Assembly: GCA_902533295.1 (NCBI GenBank)
Contig: CACALG010000001.1
Coordinates: 19,048-83,047 of the forward strand
DNA length: 64,000 nucleotides
Direction of reading: 5' to 3'
Source of the DNA: an uncultured marine group III euryarchaeote
Lineage (GTDB): Archaea; Thermoplasmatota; Poseidoniia; MGIII; CG-Epi1
A program made the position numbers and the translations under genes. The notes under the pieces were generated by a model, which saw only the letters and a program-made list of their open reading frames with translations, searched no databases and had not been told where the DNA came from. This document shows positions 1-10,989 of this stretch, in pieces. The first letter of the stretch is position 1, and every line of letters starts with the position of its first letter.

Positions 1-477
1 TCTAAAAATACTGAGTTTACAAAGTTAGTTAATGTACTTCAAGAGAAATTGATTCATCCTGGTAAAGTTGGGCGTGTGCATAACCTTTTCTTGCTTTCAA
101 AATCAGGTATTGTTATTAGCAACCTATCTGCTAATGATGTTGAAGAGACTGATGCAGATATATTAGGTGGAATGTTTACAGCTGTAAAGAATTTCATGGA
201 AGATGCGTTTAGTGCACGCAGTGATTCATCATTGAATGATATACAATTTGGTAATTTCCACATAACATTTGCTTCTGGAGCTTATTCAGAATTGGCAGTT
301 GTATATACAGGAATAATTAATCAAGCCTCAGAAGATGCTATTGCAGATACATTAATCGCTTTTGAATTAGAACATATGGCGGTTTTGGAAAATTGGGATG
401 GTGATCTTTCAAAATTAGCAAATTCAGCAGATTATTTGGAAAAACTTTTTTCAGATATTGATAAGGATAAAAGTTAA
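1..477 (+). CDS. 3' end of a gene running in from upstream of the window; Roadblock/LC7-like domain homologous to the cytoplasmic C-terminus of the 1720-aa surface protein
   Basis: Frame is open from nt 1 with no stop, so the first listed start (TTG at 49) is unlikely to be the true start. Translated sequence aligns with the C-terminal tail of ORF 16966..22128 (DADILGGMFTAVKNFMEDAF vs DTDIMSGMLTAINDFVQDSF; NWDGD vs NWNGD). Confidence 0.4.
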   Translation, partial: SKNTEFTKLVNVLQEKLIHPGKVGRVHNLFLLSKSGIVISNLSANDVEETDADILGGMFTAVKNFMEDAFSARSDSSLNDIQFGNFHITFASGAYSELAVVYTGIINQASEDAIADTLIAFELEHMAVLENWDGDLSKLANSADYLEKLFSDIDKDKS

Positions 478-1358
478 TCCTTTTTTAGTCTTGCAATTAT
501 ATGGCTGGTACTCGGTCCGTAGAATTTCACTCTTTCAAATTTTTCTACAGTAAATCTCTTTGTACCCATTAATTTAGAGAATTTTTCAGGAACTGTTCCC
601 CAGTCACTTCTACTTTTGAATCCTAACCAGTTATTTCGATATGCTTCATGAAAGATAACCGTCCCCTTATCATTTAAGCAGCTGTAAGCGTGTTCTAAGA
701 AATCGATGGTGTTCCCAATATATCCTAAATGTATTACGTCTGCTTTCGTTTCAATATTTCTGCAATCATCATTGATTATTTCCATATTTTCGATGGCATT
801 ATTTTTAGCGTTTAAGGAAAGATATTCAATAGATTTTGGGTTCTTGTCAATTGCAATTATTTCCGCTTCAGGATATCCCTTTGCCATTTGAATTGAAAAG
901 TATCCAATTCCAGCAAAATAATCTATAATTGTCTTAGGTTTGTCAAACGTATAAAATTCGGAAATTTTTTCTGGACCAGACAAAGCAGATCTCCATCCTG
1001 TATTTCCTGGAGACCACATAATCTCAGCTAAATCTAATTTGTATTTTATTCCATATTCTGAGATTTCTGTAACAGTTTCCTTTCCGTATAAAATTTTAGT
1101 ATCTTCTGGCTTTCGTAGTTCACCTGATATCTTATTCTTCTGTATTATGCTCTTTGCGTTAAGAACTTGTGCATAAATTTCAGCTATATTTTCTTTTTCT
1201 TTCTTAATATTAGATAAATCTAGAATCACTATATCTCCTATTTTCTTCCATTTTCTTGGTAGATTGTTGTGTAATTCTGAATCAATTTTACTTGTTATTT
1301 GTTCAAAAGGTTTCATTCTTCGGCTAACTTTCTTAGTACGGCTATTTCTGGTTTCCAC
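474..1358 (-). CDS. class I SAM-dependent tRNA methyltransferase, Trm5/Taw2 (Met-10+) family
   Basis: SAM-binding motif region IIDYFAGIGYFSIQ...IIAIDKNP typical of Trm5/Tyw2 family. An alternative start at the M at codon 15 (nt 1316) would reduce the 46-nt overlap with nfo to about 2 nt. Confidence 0.55.
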   Translation of the reverse strand: METRNSRTKKVSRRMKPFEQITSKIDSELHNNLPRKWKKIGDIVILDLSNIKKEKENIAEIYAQVLNAKSIIQKNKISGELRKPEDTKILYGKETVTEISEYGIKYKLDLAEIMWSPGNTGWRSALSGPEKISEFYTFDKPKTIIDYFAGIGYFSIQMAKGYPEAEIIAIDKNPKSIEYLSLNAKNNAIENMEIINDDCRNIETKADVIHLGYIGNTIDFLEHAYSCLNDKGTVIFHEAYRNNWLGFKSRSDWGTVPEKFSKLMGTKRFTVEKFERVKFYGPSTSHIIARLKKD

Positions 1359-2185
1359 ATATCAGGACCTCCTGGTGTTTCTAGGTATCCTGCTAAATGT
1401 TCTAGCCTTTTTTCCTGCATGAAACTCTTGAAAGTTTCTTTACCTAATTTTCCCATTCCAATATTATCATGTCTATCTACTCTAGATCCTAGTTCACTTT
1501 TTGAATCATTAAGGTGTAGAGCTACTAAATATTCCATTCCAACTATATCTTCAAAATCGTCCCAAATATTATCAAAATTATTTCTCCAATCATAACCAGA
1601 TGCCCACGCATGTTGTGTGTCTATGCATACACCAACCCTTTTCTTATCATCAATATGATCTATAATTTTCCTTATCTCTTCAAATTTAATACCCACATTA
1701 GTCCCTTGTCCTGCAGCATTTTCAATAACTAATTTTGATTCGTATCCTTTTGTTTCGTCTAGTGTTTTGTTCATATGGTGTGCTATTCTCTCAAGGGATT
1801 CATTTCTTGTTTGTTCATCATCCCTCATGCTTTTTTTTGGATGAGTATGTGAACCTGGGTGGAAATTTAGATAGGCAACACCTAAGGCCTCACAGCGATG
1901 ATATTCTTCTAGGAATGCAACTTGAGCTCTTTTTCCTTTGGCTTCATCTGGGCTTCCCATATTGATTAAGTAAGAATCATGGATCATTAGAGGCCCTAGA
2001 TCTGTTTTTGATAGAGGTTCTTTGAACCCCTTTATCTCCTCATCTGTGAGTGGTTTAGCAATCCATTGTCTTTGATTTTTACTGAACATTTGGAAAGTAT
2101 CAGCTTCTATTTCTAATGCCCAAGGTATTGCATTCTGCAGGCCTCCAGCAACACTTACGTGAGCTCCTAGTCTCATTATTTCCAA
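1313..2185 (-). CDS. nfo: endonuclease IV (AP endonuclease, xylose-isomerase-like TIM barrel)
   Basis: Conserved Nfo metal-binding motifs HPGSHTHP, NAAGQGTNVG, CIDTQHAWASGYD, LHLNDS. Confidence 0.85.
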   Translation of the reverse strand: MEIMRLGAHVSVAGGLQNAIPWALEIEADTFQMFSKNQRQWIAKPLTDEEIKGFKEPLSKTDLGPLMIHDSYLINMGSPDEAKGKRAQVAFLEEYHRCEALGVAYLNFHPGSHTHPKKSMRDDEQTRNESLERIAHHMNKTLDETKGYESKLVIENAAGQGTNVGIKFEEIRKIIDHIDDKKRVGVCIDTQHAWASGYDWRNNFDNIWDDFEDIVGMEYLVALHLNDSKSELGSRVDRHDNIGMGKLGKETFKSFMQEKRLEHLAGYLETPGGPDMWKPEIAVLRKLAEE

Positions 2186-2224
2186 TTCAAGCCTACCTTA
2201 ATAATAACTATTCGATAAGAGCCT

Positions 2225-3022
2225 GTGAAATTTTGCATAGTGGCTAACCCAAAACAGCCAAACATGAAAAAAATCTTAACAAAGGTTATTGGTTTTTTAG
2301 ATGACTTTGATTTGGAAGAAGAATCAGCCAAAATTGTTGGTTTGAAGGGGGAACCAATGGATCAATTAAAAGGTGAGATGGTAATTTCATTAGGGGGAGA
2401 TGGCACTTTATTATTCATACTAAATAATCTGAATAAGCCCGTTTTTGGAATTAATTGCGGTGGTGTGGGCTTTCTGACAGAAATAGAACATTCAGATGAT
2501 ATGTTCAATGCTTTTAAGCGGTTGCAATCAAAAAATTATCAATTACAGAAGTTAGGTAGAATTGATGCTTTTATCAATGATTTAAAGGTTGGAACTGCCC
2601 TGAATGAAGTAGTTTTACACTCTTCAAGAGTAGCTAAAATCCAAGGTTTCGAAATTGAGATAGATGGTTCAGTTGCAGATAGTTTTAGAGGTGATGGAGT
2701 TATTGTTGCTACGCCCACCGGATCAACAAGTTATGCAATGTCAGTAGGGGCGCCAATTCTATATCCAACAATGGATTCACATATTGTAGTTCCAATGGCA
2801 GCTTACCGTATTGGTGCTAGACCATTAGTTGTACCTTCTAAATATGATATTACAGCCAGAATCACGGGCCATCCTGAGGCTGTTATGGTAATTGATGGGC
2901 AAGATGAAATTATGATTAATAAGGATGATAAGATACAATTTAAAAAGTCTAAAGAGTCAGTAGAATTAGTTAGATTTGGTGACAATTTCTTTGACAAAGT
3001 TCGAAAAAAATTGAGGTTATAA
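2225..3022 (+). CDS. nadK: NAD+ kinase
   Basis: GGDGTLL and NxGxVGFL motifs; C-terminal DGVIVATPTGSTSYAMSVGAP motif; GTG start. Confidence 0.85.
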   Translation: MKFCIVANPKQPNMKKILTKVIGFLDDFDLEEESAKIVGLKGEPMDQLKGEMVISLGGDGTLLFILNNLNKPVFGINCGGVGFLTEIEHSDDMFNAFKRLQSKNYQLQKLGRIDAFINDLKVGTALNEVVLHSSRVAKIQGFEIEIDGSVADSFRGDGVIVATPTGSTSYAMSVGAPILYPTMDSHIVVPMAAYRIGARPLVVPSKYDITARITGHPEAVMVIDGQDEIMINKDDKIQFKKSKESVELVRFGDNFFDKVRKKLRL

Positions 3023-3023
3023 T

Positions 3024-4502
3024 TTGAAAAAACGTAAGGCAAGATTAAGAGGAACTAAAACAGCAGCTAAATTTGAGCAAAAGAAGTTGATGTCTCGTAT
3101 TAAAGAATTGAAGGAAAATCCAAAAATATTGATACCTAAAACTCCTCCAGGTAGTGAAGCTGAGAAGGTTTATTCAAGAGTTCTAAAAGAAATGGAACTA
3201 GCTAAAGAACAATATGAGAACCCACCTGGTTTCTTTTCAAGAATGATGGGAAATAGGGTTAAGGATCCTTTAGCAAAGGCATATGGTGCAACTCTCACAG
3301 TTTTAGACTCAGGTGCTCCAGTAATGGCAATTGCACGTTTCCCTCATGGTGAAGTAAATTATGTTATGAGAGGATCGGGGTTATCCAAAGAAAAATTGAT
3401 TGGTGTGCAAAATCATCACCATAGATTATGGTCACGTTTTGCGCATTTAGATTATGTGAAAAAGTATAAATTTTTCATGTATGCTTTAGACAAAGGCCTT
3501 GTTTGTACAGGAACTTCACCTAAATATCCAAAAGCTTTGTGGGAAGAGGCGTGTAGAACTCTTAAAATTAAAAAGGGTGGTAATGGTATAGAAGGAATTC
3601 AGATTCGCTGTAAATCATTGAACGAATTAGCAGTTTTACCTGTGAAGAAAGTCTCGAAATCTAAAGAAAATAGTTATAGCCATTTTCTTAGAAATCAAGT
3701 AGCTTTTGAACAGGATTTAGATTTTGAGATTACTGTTTCAACCTTCCTCTCTGAAATTATTGATGATATTCCTAAAGAATTATTTTCGGGTTATTTGACA
3801 GGCACTGCTACTGATTCAGATTTATGGAATGCAGTAGTTAGTTTTCAAAAGGAAAAAGTAAAAGCATTAGATGAGCAATATTTCATTATATCAAATACTA
3901 TTGTAGATAGTAAGGAATTAATCAATAAGATTAGTAGTAATAAGATTGATCAGGCAATTATAGAGGATATCCTGAAAGATTGCAAAGACACTATAGTAAT
4001 AGATAATTTTACACTATCAGCATTTACAGAATATACCTGGGAGTCTGCAGGAAGAGAAATAGTTAATAGCATAGATTCAAAGAAATTAGAGGATTATAAT
4101 GGAGAAAACTCGCTAGAATTATTAAGAGATTTGTACAATAAAATTGTCAAAGATAGTTTGACCAGTGATTATCCAAGATTCAAATCTCTCAGTGAACCAT
4201 TAAAGTTGATAGACGATGTCGTAAGGATGTTGAAATCAGGAGAAAAAGATAGTGCTATCAAGGCAATAGAGAGTCTTTCATCAAATAATAATATGACTAA
4301 ATCAGTGTCATGGGCTACATTGATATGTCTTAATGCTACATCTAGTAGGGCCTGGAAATATAGTAAGGAAGAGCAATCTCTTGGTGAATCACTTAAAGAA
4401 TTAGTACAAAGTTTAATTGATAGTCAACCATCTAAATATTTAGTAATATTAGAAGAGATATCGTCAAGAATAGGACTTGGTAATAAATTGGAAGTTATTT
4501 AA
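3024..4502 (+). CDS. hypothetical protein (492 aa; TTG start, a later ATG start is possible)
   Basis: Long ORF with no recognisable family motifs; basic N-terminus. Confidence 0.35.
   Translation: MKKRKARLRGTKTAAKFEQKKLMSRIKELKENPKILIPKTPPGSEAEKVYSRVLKEMELAKEQYENPPGFFSRMMGNRVKDPLAKAYGATLTVLDSGAPVMAIARFPHGEVNYVMRGSGLSKEKLIGVQNHHHRLWSRFAHLDYVKKYKFFMYALDKGLVCTGTSPKYPKALWEEACRTLKIKKGGNGIEGIQIRCKSLNELAVLPVKKVSKSKENSYSHFLRNQVAFEQDLDFEITVSTFLSEIIDDIPKELFSGYLTGTATDSDLWNAVVSFQKEKVKALDEQYFIISNTIVDSKELINKISSNKIDQAIIEDILKDCKDTIVIDNFTLSAFTEYTWESAGREIVNSIDSKKLEDYNGENSLELLRDLYNKIVKDSLTSDYPRFKSLSEPLKLIDDVVRMLKSGEKDSAIKAIESLSSNNNMTKSVSWATLICLNATSSRAWKYSKEEQSLGESLKELVQSLIDSQPSKYLVILEEISSRIGLGNKLEVI
4494..4502 (+). 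promoter_or_regulatory. TATA-like element (TTATTTAAA) about 27 nt upstream of tRNA-Val
   Basis: AT-rich TATA-like box at the typical archaeal distance from the tRNA 5' end; lies inside the 3' end of the upstream CDS. Confidence 0.25.
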
Positions 4503-4528
4503 AACGGGCTTAACTGGAGAAACTCTCT

Positions 4529-4605
4529 GGGTCCGTGGTCTAGTTGGTTATGACGTCGCCTTGACATGGCGGAGATCCCCGGTTCGAATCCGGGCGGACC
4601 CACCA
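4529..4605 (+). tRNA. tRNA-Val (anticodon GAC), CCA encoded
   Basis: Hand-folded cloverleaf: acceptor GGGTCCG/CGGACCC, anticodon loop TTGACAT with U33, T-arm CCCGG-TTCGAAT-CCGGG, discriminator A followed by CCA. Confidence 0.85.
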
Positions 4606-4606
4606 C

Positions 4607-5035
4607 TTATTTTCCTTCTTTCCATCTACGATATTCTTCACTGTCATGTGATATAGGCCCGTCATTAGGTTTAGTTTCAGTTTTCATGGATGATAACTTA
4701 GGTTGTACCGTAGTACTTTCCTTATCTTCATTGATGGTAGCACCAATTAAAATAGCACCAATAGTGAGTAATATGATTGGAATAAATAGTACAAAATAGA
4801 TTTGAAAAACAATAAAAACAATAAATATTACAAGGCCACATATAGCTAAAATCCAGCCAGCGGCTTTATGTCCATTGAGGCTATCATTAATTAAAATAGC
4901 ACCAATAGTGAGTAATAGGATTGGAATAAATAGTAAAAAAAAGAGTCCAACGAGAAGAAAAACAATGAATTGTATGAGGCCAATTATAGCTAAAATCCAG
5001 CCAACTACTTTACGCCCTTTGGCCTCTTGATCCAT
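4607..5035 (-). CDS. small membrane protein with an internal tandem duplication of a ~50-aa TM hairpin
   Basis: Two near-identical segments (GWILAI.GL..FIVF...LFIPIILLTIGAILI) at protein and DNA level (~4720-4800 vs ~4870-4950). Confidence 0.4.
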   Translation of the reverse strand: MDQEAKGRKVVGWILAIIGLIQFIVFLLVGLFFLLFIPILLLTIGAILINDSLNGHKAAGWILAICGLVIFIVFIVFQIYFVLFIPIILLTIGAILIGATINEDKESTTVQPKLSSMKTETKPNDGPISHDSEEYRRWKEGK

Positions 5036-6319
5036 TTATGGAGTCATCCGAGTCCTATCTCTAGGAAACAAAACACATTCTCTTACATTTTTTGCACCTG
5101 CAAAAATCATTGACAATCTATCCAATCCTAATCCCCATCCAGCATGAGGTGGCATACCATATCTAAATGGATCCAAATAATGATTAAATCCATCGGGTTC
5201 TAAACCTTGTTTTTTCAATCTTTCTCTAAGCATATTGACGTCATGAACTCTTTGTCCTCCAGATGTCATCTCGACTTCATTATACATAAAATCAAAGCCT
5301 TTACTGTATTTCGGATCATCATCTGGGAGTATGTAGAATGGTTTGAGCGATAATGGCCATTTTGTTATGAAATAGAAACCATTCATCTGCTGAGCAATTT
5401 CTCTTGTAGCTTCCATAGATAAATCTTCACCCCATTCCGCTTTTCCGTTTGACATTTCTACAGCTTCATCGTATGTTATTCGTGGCAAAGGTAATTCAAG
5501 CTCAATAGGCTCAATTCCAAGCGTTTCTAGGGCTTCTATCTCTTTTGCAACAGCTCTTGCTGCACTATCTACTAATCTCTCCATTACTCCCATTACTACA
5601 TCATCATCAGCAAACGACATTTCTATATCAATTGAGATAAATTCATTCAAGTGTCTGGGTGTGTTATGTTCTTCAGCCCTAAATGCAGGTCCTATTTCGT
5701 ATACTCTCTCTAAACCACCTCCCATTAACATTTGCTTGTATAATTGAGGAGATTGAGCAAGATATGCAGGTTTATCAAAATATTTCATTTCAAATAATGA
5801 AGTTCCACCTTCAGTTGCCGAAGCAATAATTTTTGGAGTTTGAACCTCAAGGAATTTTTCTCTTCTTAGATGTTTATGTACTGCGCCTGAGACAGCTGCG
5901 CGAATCTGGAAATTTGCAGCTATCTCACTTTTCCTTAGATCAAGATATCTGGCATTTAATCTAGTTTCAATTTCACTATCTATCTTATCAATCACACCTA
6001 AAGGAAGTGGTGTTTCAGCTTCATTCAATATTTCTATATTGTCTGGTAACATTTCAACACCTCCTGGTGCTTCTTTGTTTTCTTTGACAATGCCTCTGAC
6101 TAATACTATTGATTCTCTATTGATATTTGTCCATTTCTTGTAATTCTCAGCATCTAATTTCTTTTTTAATAATGTTAATTGAATTACTCCAGTGATATCT
6201 CTTAGTTGAAGGAAAGCAATACCTCCTAAATTACGTGTATCTTGCAACCATCCACATAGCGTTTGCTCAGAGCCGAAGTCTGATTCTTCGATTTCACCAC
6301 ATTTTCGAGTGTAAAACAT
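5036..6319 (-). CDS. aspS: aspartyl-tRNA synthetase, archaeal/eukaryotic class IIb type
   Basis: Class II motifs: FRAE in motif 2, GGGLERV, GLGLDRL in motif 3; QSPQLYKQ aspartate-recognition loop; N-terminal OB anticodon-binding domain; 427 aa. Confidence 0.8.
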   Translation of the reverse strand: MFYTRKCGEIEESDFGSEQTLCGWLQDTRNLGGIAFLQLRDITGVIQLTLLKKKLDAENYKKWTNINRESIVLVRGIVKENKEAPGGVEMLPDNIEILNEAETPLPLGVIDKIDSEIETRLNARYLDLRKSEIAANFQIRAAVSGAVHKHLRREKFLEVQTPKIIASATEGGTSLFEMKYFDKPAYLAQSPQLYKQMLMGGGLERVYEIGPAFRAEEHNTPRHLNEFISIDIEMSFADDDVVMGVMERLVDSAARAVAKEIEALETLGIEPIELELPLPRITYDEAVEMSNGKAEWGEDLSMEATREIAQQMNGFYFITKWPLSLKPFYILPDDDPKYSKGFDFMYNEVEMTSGGQRVHDVNMLRERLKKQGLEPDGFNHYLDPFRYGMPPHAGWGLGLDRLSMIFAGAKNVRECVLFPRDRTRMTP

Positions 6320-6323
6320 AGTT

Positions 6324-7442
6324 CTAACTTATTGGATACCTCAGTATCGCAGCCAGCCCTCCAAAAGCTTTCTGTAAGGAAACGCCTTCTTCACTTTCAG
6401 TAGATACTATCGTAATTTCTGCTTTGCTTTTTTCAGCTAGTTCTCCTAATTTTTTTACAGTCCCTTCTTCCACATTAGCCATTTTTTCCAGACCTTCAGA
6501 AATCATTAATTGATTTACTGCTCCCATTGTCAGAGCCATTTCAACTTGTTTCATGCCGTAAGTAGCTAATGTTCCTTTTGGAGATAATATTTCTTTCATA
6601 AATTTATCCATAAGTTTTTTCTCTTTTACTAATTGCATTTCTGCTAATCTTCCAGAACCTCTAGTAACTAATTCTCTCAATCCAGTCTCATCAGTATAAC
6701 CTGTATCAAAGGAATCGATAACTATTTTCTGTAATTCATGATTCAAATATTCTCTTTTTATAAAATATTCTTTAGTAGCTCCAGGTCCACCGATCAAAAT
6801 ACCTTCTACGTTATTCCCAAGAAAACATTCGGTAGCTGAGTGTGCCACCTTCTTGTACCATTCATGTGCTGCCTCCTCTATCAAACGTTCAAAACGTTGT
6901 TTAGATTGTCCACCTTTTCCATGTTTTGATGGAACTTGTGAATACATGTGTTTAAGCGTTGTAATTGTAGCCCCCCTAAGAATTCCTAGAGCTGCTTCAG
7001 ATCTATCTATAACTATCAATCCAAATTGAGTTTTGGTTTCACCAAGACCTTCTAATGGTTCTAAAAAGAAACCTGAATCACAACGATAAAGAAATGTAGG
7101 TAATGGTTCTGGAGGTACTACTACTTCTTGGACCATGGTAGTTTGATTTCCTCCTTTTGATACATGGCCAACAAAGAAAACCACTCCATTTTCAGGAGGA
7201 GTTTTGAACATTTTTAATCTAGACATTATTGATTCAATTGCTGCACTGACATTCTTTCTTGTGGATTTAGATTTTATGTTTGCAGATTGTGAAGCTTCAT
7301 TCCTAAGGTATGATTGCACATCATAAATTTTGCGATCAGGAGGAATATACAGGCTAACGAGTTCTGTAGCATGTCCTCTATAATTCTTGAGACGTTCAAG
7401 GGATTGCTTGAATTCATATTTTTGTAGAGACTCAGAACTCAT
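6324..7442 (-). CDS. prf1: peptide chain release factor aRF1
   Basis: NIKS motif (ANIKSKS) and GGQ motif (GGQSKQRFERL). Confidence 0.85.
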   Translation of the reverse strand: MSSESLQKYEFKQSLERLKNYRGHATELVSLYIPPDRKIYDVQSYLRNEASQSANIKSKSTRKNVSAAIESIMSRLKMFKTPPENGVVFFVGHVSKGGNQTTMVQEVVVPPEPLPTFLYRCDSGFFLEPLEGLGETKTQFGLIVIDRSEAALGILRGATITTLKHMYSQVPSKHGKGGQSKQRFERLIEEAAHEWYKKVAHSATECFLGNNVEGILIGGPGATKEYFIKREYLNHELQKIVIDSFDTGYTDETGLRELVTRGSGRLAEMQLVKEKKLMDKFMKEILSPKGTLATYGMKQVEMALTMGAVNQLMISEGLEKMANVEEGTVKKLGELAEKSKAEITIVSTESEEGVSLQKAFGGLAAILRYPIS

Positions 7443-7521
7443 TGATTTTGTTAATGCAGGACCTTTTTATGATATTGGTCTCGGTTTATACTCATTTTAT
7501 GCAAAACCAAAATCATCTTCA

Positions 7522-8112
7522 TTATTTGCCGTCATCCTCTGCATAATAATCAAAATCCAAATAGTAATTAAATATGATACAGTTCGAATCTTCCCAATTT
7601 AAGCTTGTATGGCATATATCTACAGGCGCCGCATGATCAATGAAGTATGGCCTTACCACCTCTTCGGATTCATATGATGTTCTATAATCCCAATCTATTA
7701 CAAAAAAGTAATTACTTGGTGAAAAATACGTTCCTTTCTTATCATCATGCACCATATATTCATTTTTCTCTACTATTAAATCAAAATTATTTACACCAAA
7801 TACTTCTCCATTTAGGTAATCATTATAATTAGAATAATCGAGAATAAATACCTCTTTTTCAAACTGACTTGGGAAATTTAAATAATATTCTAGCTCGCCA
7901 TGCCCTTCAATATATCCTATCTCACATGAAAAGAAACCTATATCTTTATTCAGATAAAATGGATAATCTGAACCATCACCATTTTGATAACTGAAATCTT
8001 TATTACAATATTCAGTAGTATAATCTCTCAATAAGCCTCCACTAGGTATTGCAGAACCTAAAATAATAACAGCTACAAAAACAATTACGATGTCATTTTT
8101 TATATTTAACAT
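7522..8112 (-). CDS. secreted hypothetical protein
   Basis: N-terminal signal peptide/TM (IVIVFVAVIILGSAIPSGG); Tyr/Asn/Asp-rich, no known motifs. Confidence 0.35.
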   Translation of the reverse strand: MLNIKNDIVIVFVAVIILGSAIPSGGLLRDYTTEYCNKDFSYQNGDGSDYPFYLNKDIGFFSCEIGYIEGHGELEYYLNFPSQFEKEVFILDYSNYNDYLNGEVFGVNNFDLIVEKNEYMVHDDKKGTYFSPSNYFFVIDWDYRTSYESEEVVRPYFIDHAAPVDICHTSLNWEDSNCIIFNYYLDFDYYAEDDGK

Positions 8113-8114
8113 AT

Positions 8115-8357
8115 CTAGTTTTTCCTCCTTTTTGCAGATAAGGAAATAATCGCAAATGATATAAGATAATATATTAGAGCAAATACAAGTATTGTATTAC
8201 CGTAATCGAATCCTAATTTTGCGTATTCTCTTAGTATAGGTATGTACATTAAATGGGATGAAAATAAAAGCAAAATAAAAGTAAAGATATTAAATTTAAT
8301 AGATGCAAATAGAGTTCTGGAGGCCAATGGTGTTGAATCTTCCACTGATAACGCCAT
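8115..8357 (-). CDS. small hypothetical membrane protein
   Basis: 80-aa ORF with 2 predicted TM helices; start overlaps the upstream ORF stop. Confidence 0.3.
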   Translation of the reverse strand: MALSVEDSTPLASRTLFASIKFNIFTFILLLFSSHLMYIPILREYAKLGFDYGNTILVFALIYYLISFAIISLSAKRRKN

Positions 8358-9151
8358 TATTCACCACCTTTCTCTTGATTGTCTAAATTAAATTCCTCAG
8401 AAAAATACTCATCTTCATTTTCTTCAGCAAAGTCTCTGATTGCTCTACCCTCGTCTTCATCAAATTCATCAATAGACTCAGCCTCAAGAACAATGTTTTC
8501 ATCAATTTGAGCCTCAAAGCCTTTAATATTAGTAGATGGGACTATTCTCCAAAGCCCATATGGTAAAACATAAACTAGGATGAAATCTCCAAATTTCCTT
8601 CCTTCTGATTTTTCCATCATAGGTTCGTTTCCGATAACTCCTAAGAGGTGAAATAATAGGAAAAAATTAATGAAGAAAACAACTAAAGATATAGAATTAT
8701 TGATAATATATTTTTCTTGAGATATTTGGAATGAGATTCCTTTAATTAAGGACAATATACCAACATAAATCATACAAGATCCAAGAAATACGGAGAATTC
8801 TGAATCAGATAAAAATAATAGAATTGCTCCAAACATTATAAAAATTAGGCCAAAAACAGCGAAACTGATAGCCCAGTTACGTTTTTCTTCAGCAACCAAA
8901 ACTTCTGGAGTTTTTTCTTCTTCTATTATCTCTTCTTCATCCTCTACATCATGACTTATATTATAACCAGAATTTGGGGCATCCAGACTATCTATAGTAC
9001 CTTCAAGTAATTCCAAATCTATATTTTGGTTTTGATTTGTCGCCTTTGGTCTTCCAAAATAGATAGTTATTGAAACAAGAAGAAGCGAAGCTAAAATAAG
9101 CCAAAAATATAATTCAAGAAGATAATTCCATCCAGAATAGTATGCCAACAC
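8357..9151 (-). CDS. hypothetical membrane protein with acidic cytoplasmic segments
   Basis: Multiple hydrophobic helices, Glu/Asp-rich N- and C-terminal regions. Confidence 0.4.
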   Translation of the reverse strand: MLAYYSGWNYLLELYFWLILASLLLVSITIYFGRPKATNQNQNIDLELLEGTIDSLDAPNSGYNISHDVEDEEEIIEEEKTPEVLVAEEKRNWAISFAVFGLIFIMFGAILLFLSDSEFSVFLGSCMIYVGILSLIKGISFQISQEKYIINNSISLVVFFINFFLLFHLLGVIGNEPMMEKSEGRKFGDFILVYVLPYGLWRIVPSTNIKGFEAQIDENIVLEAESIDEFDEDEGRAIRDFAEENEDEYFSEEFNLDNQEKGGE

Positions 9152-9163
9152 AGAAATACAAGT

Positions 9164-9191
9164 AAGAGGTAGATATTACAATCTACCTCTT
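9164..9191 (-). terminator. perfect 11-bp hairpin (AAGAGGTAGAT/ATCTACCTCTT) between the 16S 3' end and the next gene; flanked by A/T-rich sequence
   Basis: Inverted repeat seen directly; could be a 16S terminator or part of the downstream gene's promoter region. Confidence 0.25.
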
Positions 9192-9240
9192 ATTTTTATT
9201 CGAAATCAATTTAGCGCTAGGCAGCCAACCCTAAATCTTA

Positions 9241-10707
<1,467 letters not shown>

Positions 10708-10989
10708 TTTTTTCCTTTCGAATGCACACTATGAGTTTATAAATTTACTAGAATTGTCGGATTGACTGCACTAGTTTCGCTTAGATTTCGAATGTCAGAT
10801 GATAGCCCAAACTAGGGTTGTTATCATCTCCATAACATTGTCTGCAATAACGGAATAGGTCCATCATAAAATCAGGAATTCGCCGAAGTCATTGCAACCG
10901 CTTACACGGTACCTGGTGACAGTTTTACCTGTTCAGGAGCTTCATCACTTAAAATGGTCTATTTAAGAAAAACGCCATATTTATCATAG

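Noticed and set aside
1313-1358. 46-nt overlap between nfo and the methyltransferase gene as a possible regulatory overlap
   Set aside because: More simply explained by the methyltransferase starting at the internal Met (nt 1316), leaving a conventional short start/stop overlap
4566-4799. 77-aa plus-strand ORF
   Set aside because: Starts inside tRNA-Val and runs antisense through the better-supported minus-strand membrane protein gene
10735-10746. AAATTTATAAAC TATA-like box ~30 nt upstream of the mature 16S 5' end as the rRNA promoter
   Set aside because: A promoter there would leave no leader for the observed leader-trailer complementarity; the true promoter is probably further upstream (10850-10980) and cannot be pinpointed by eye
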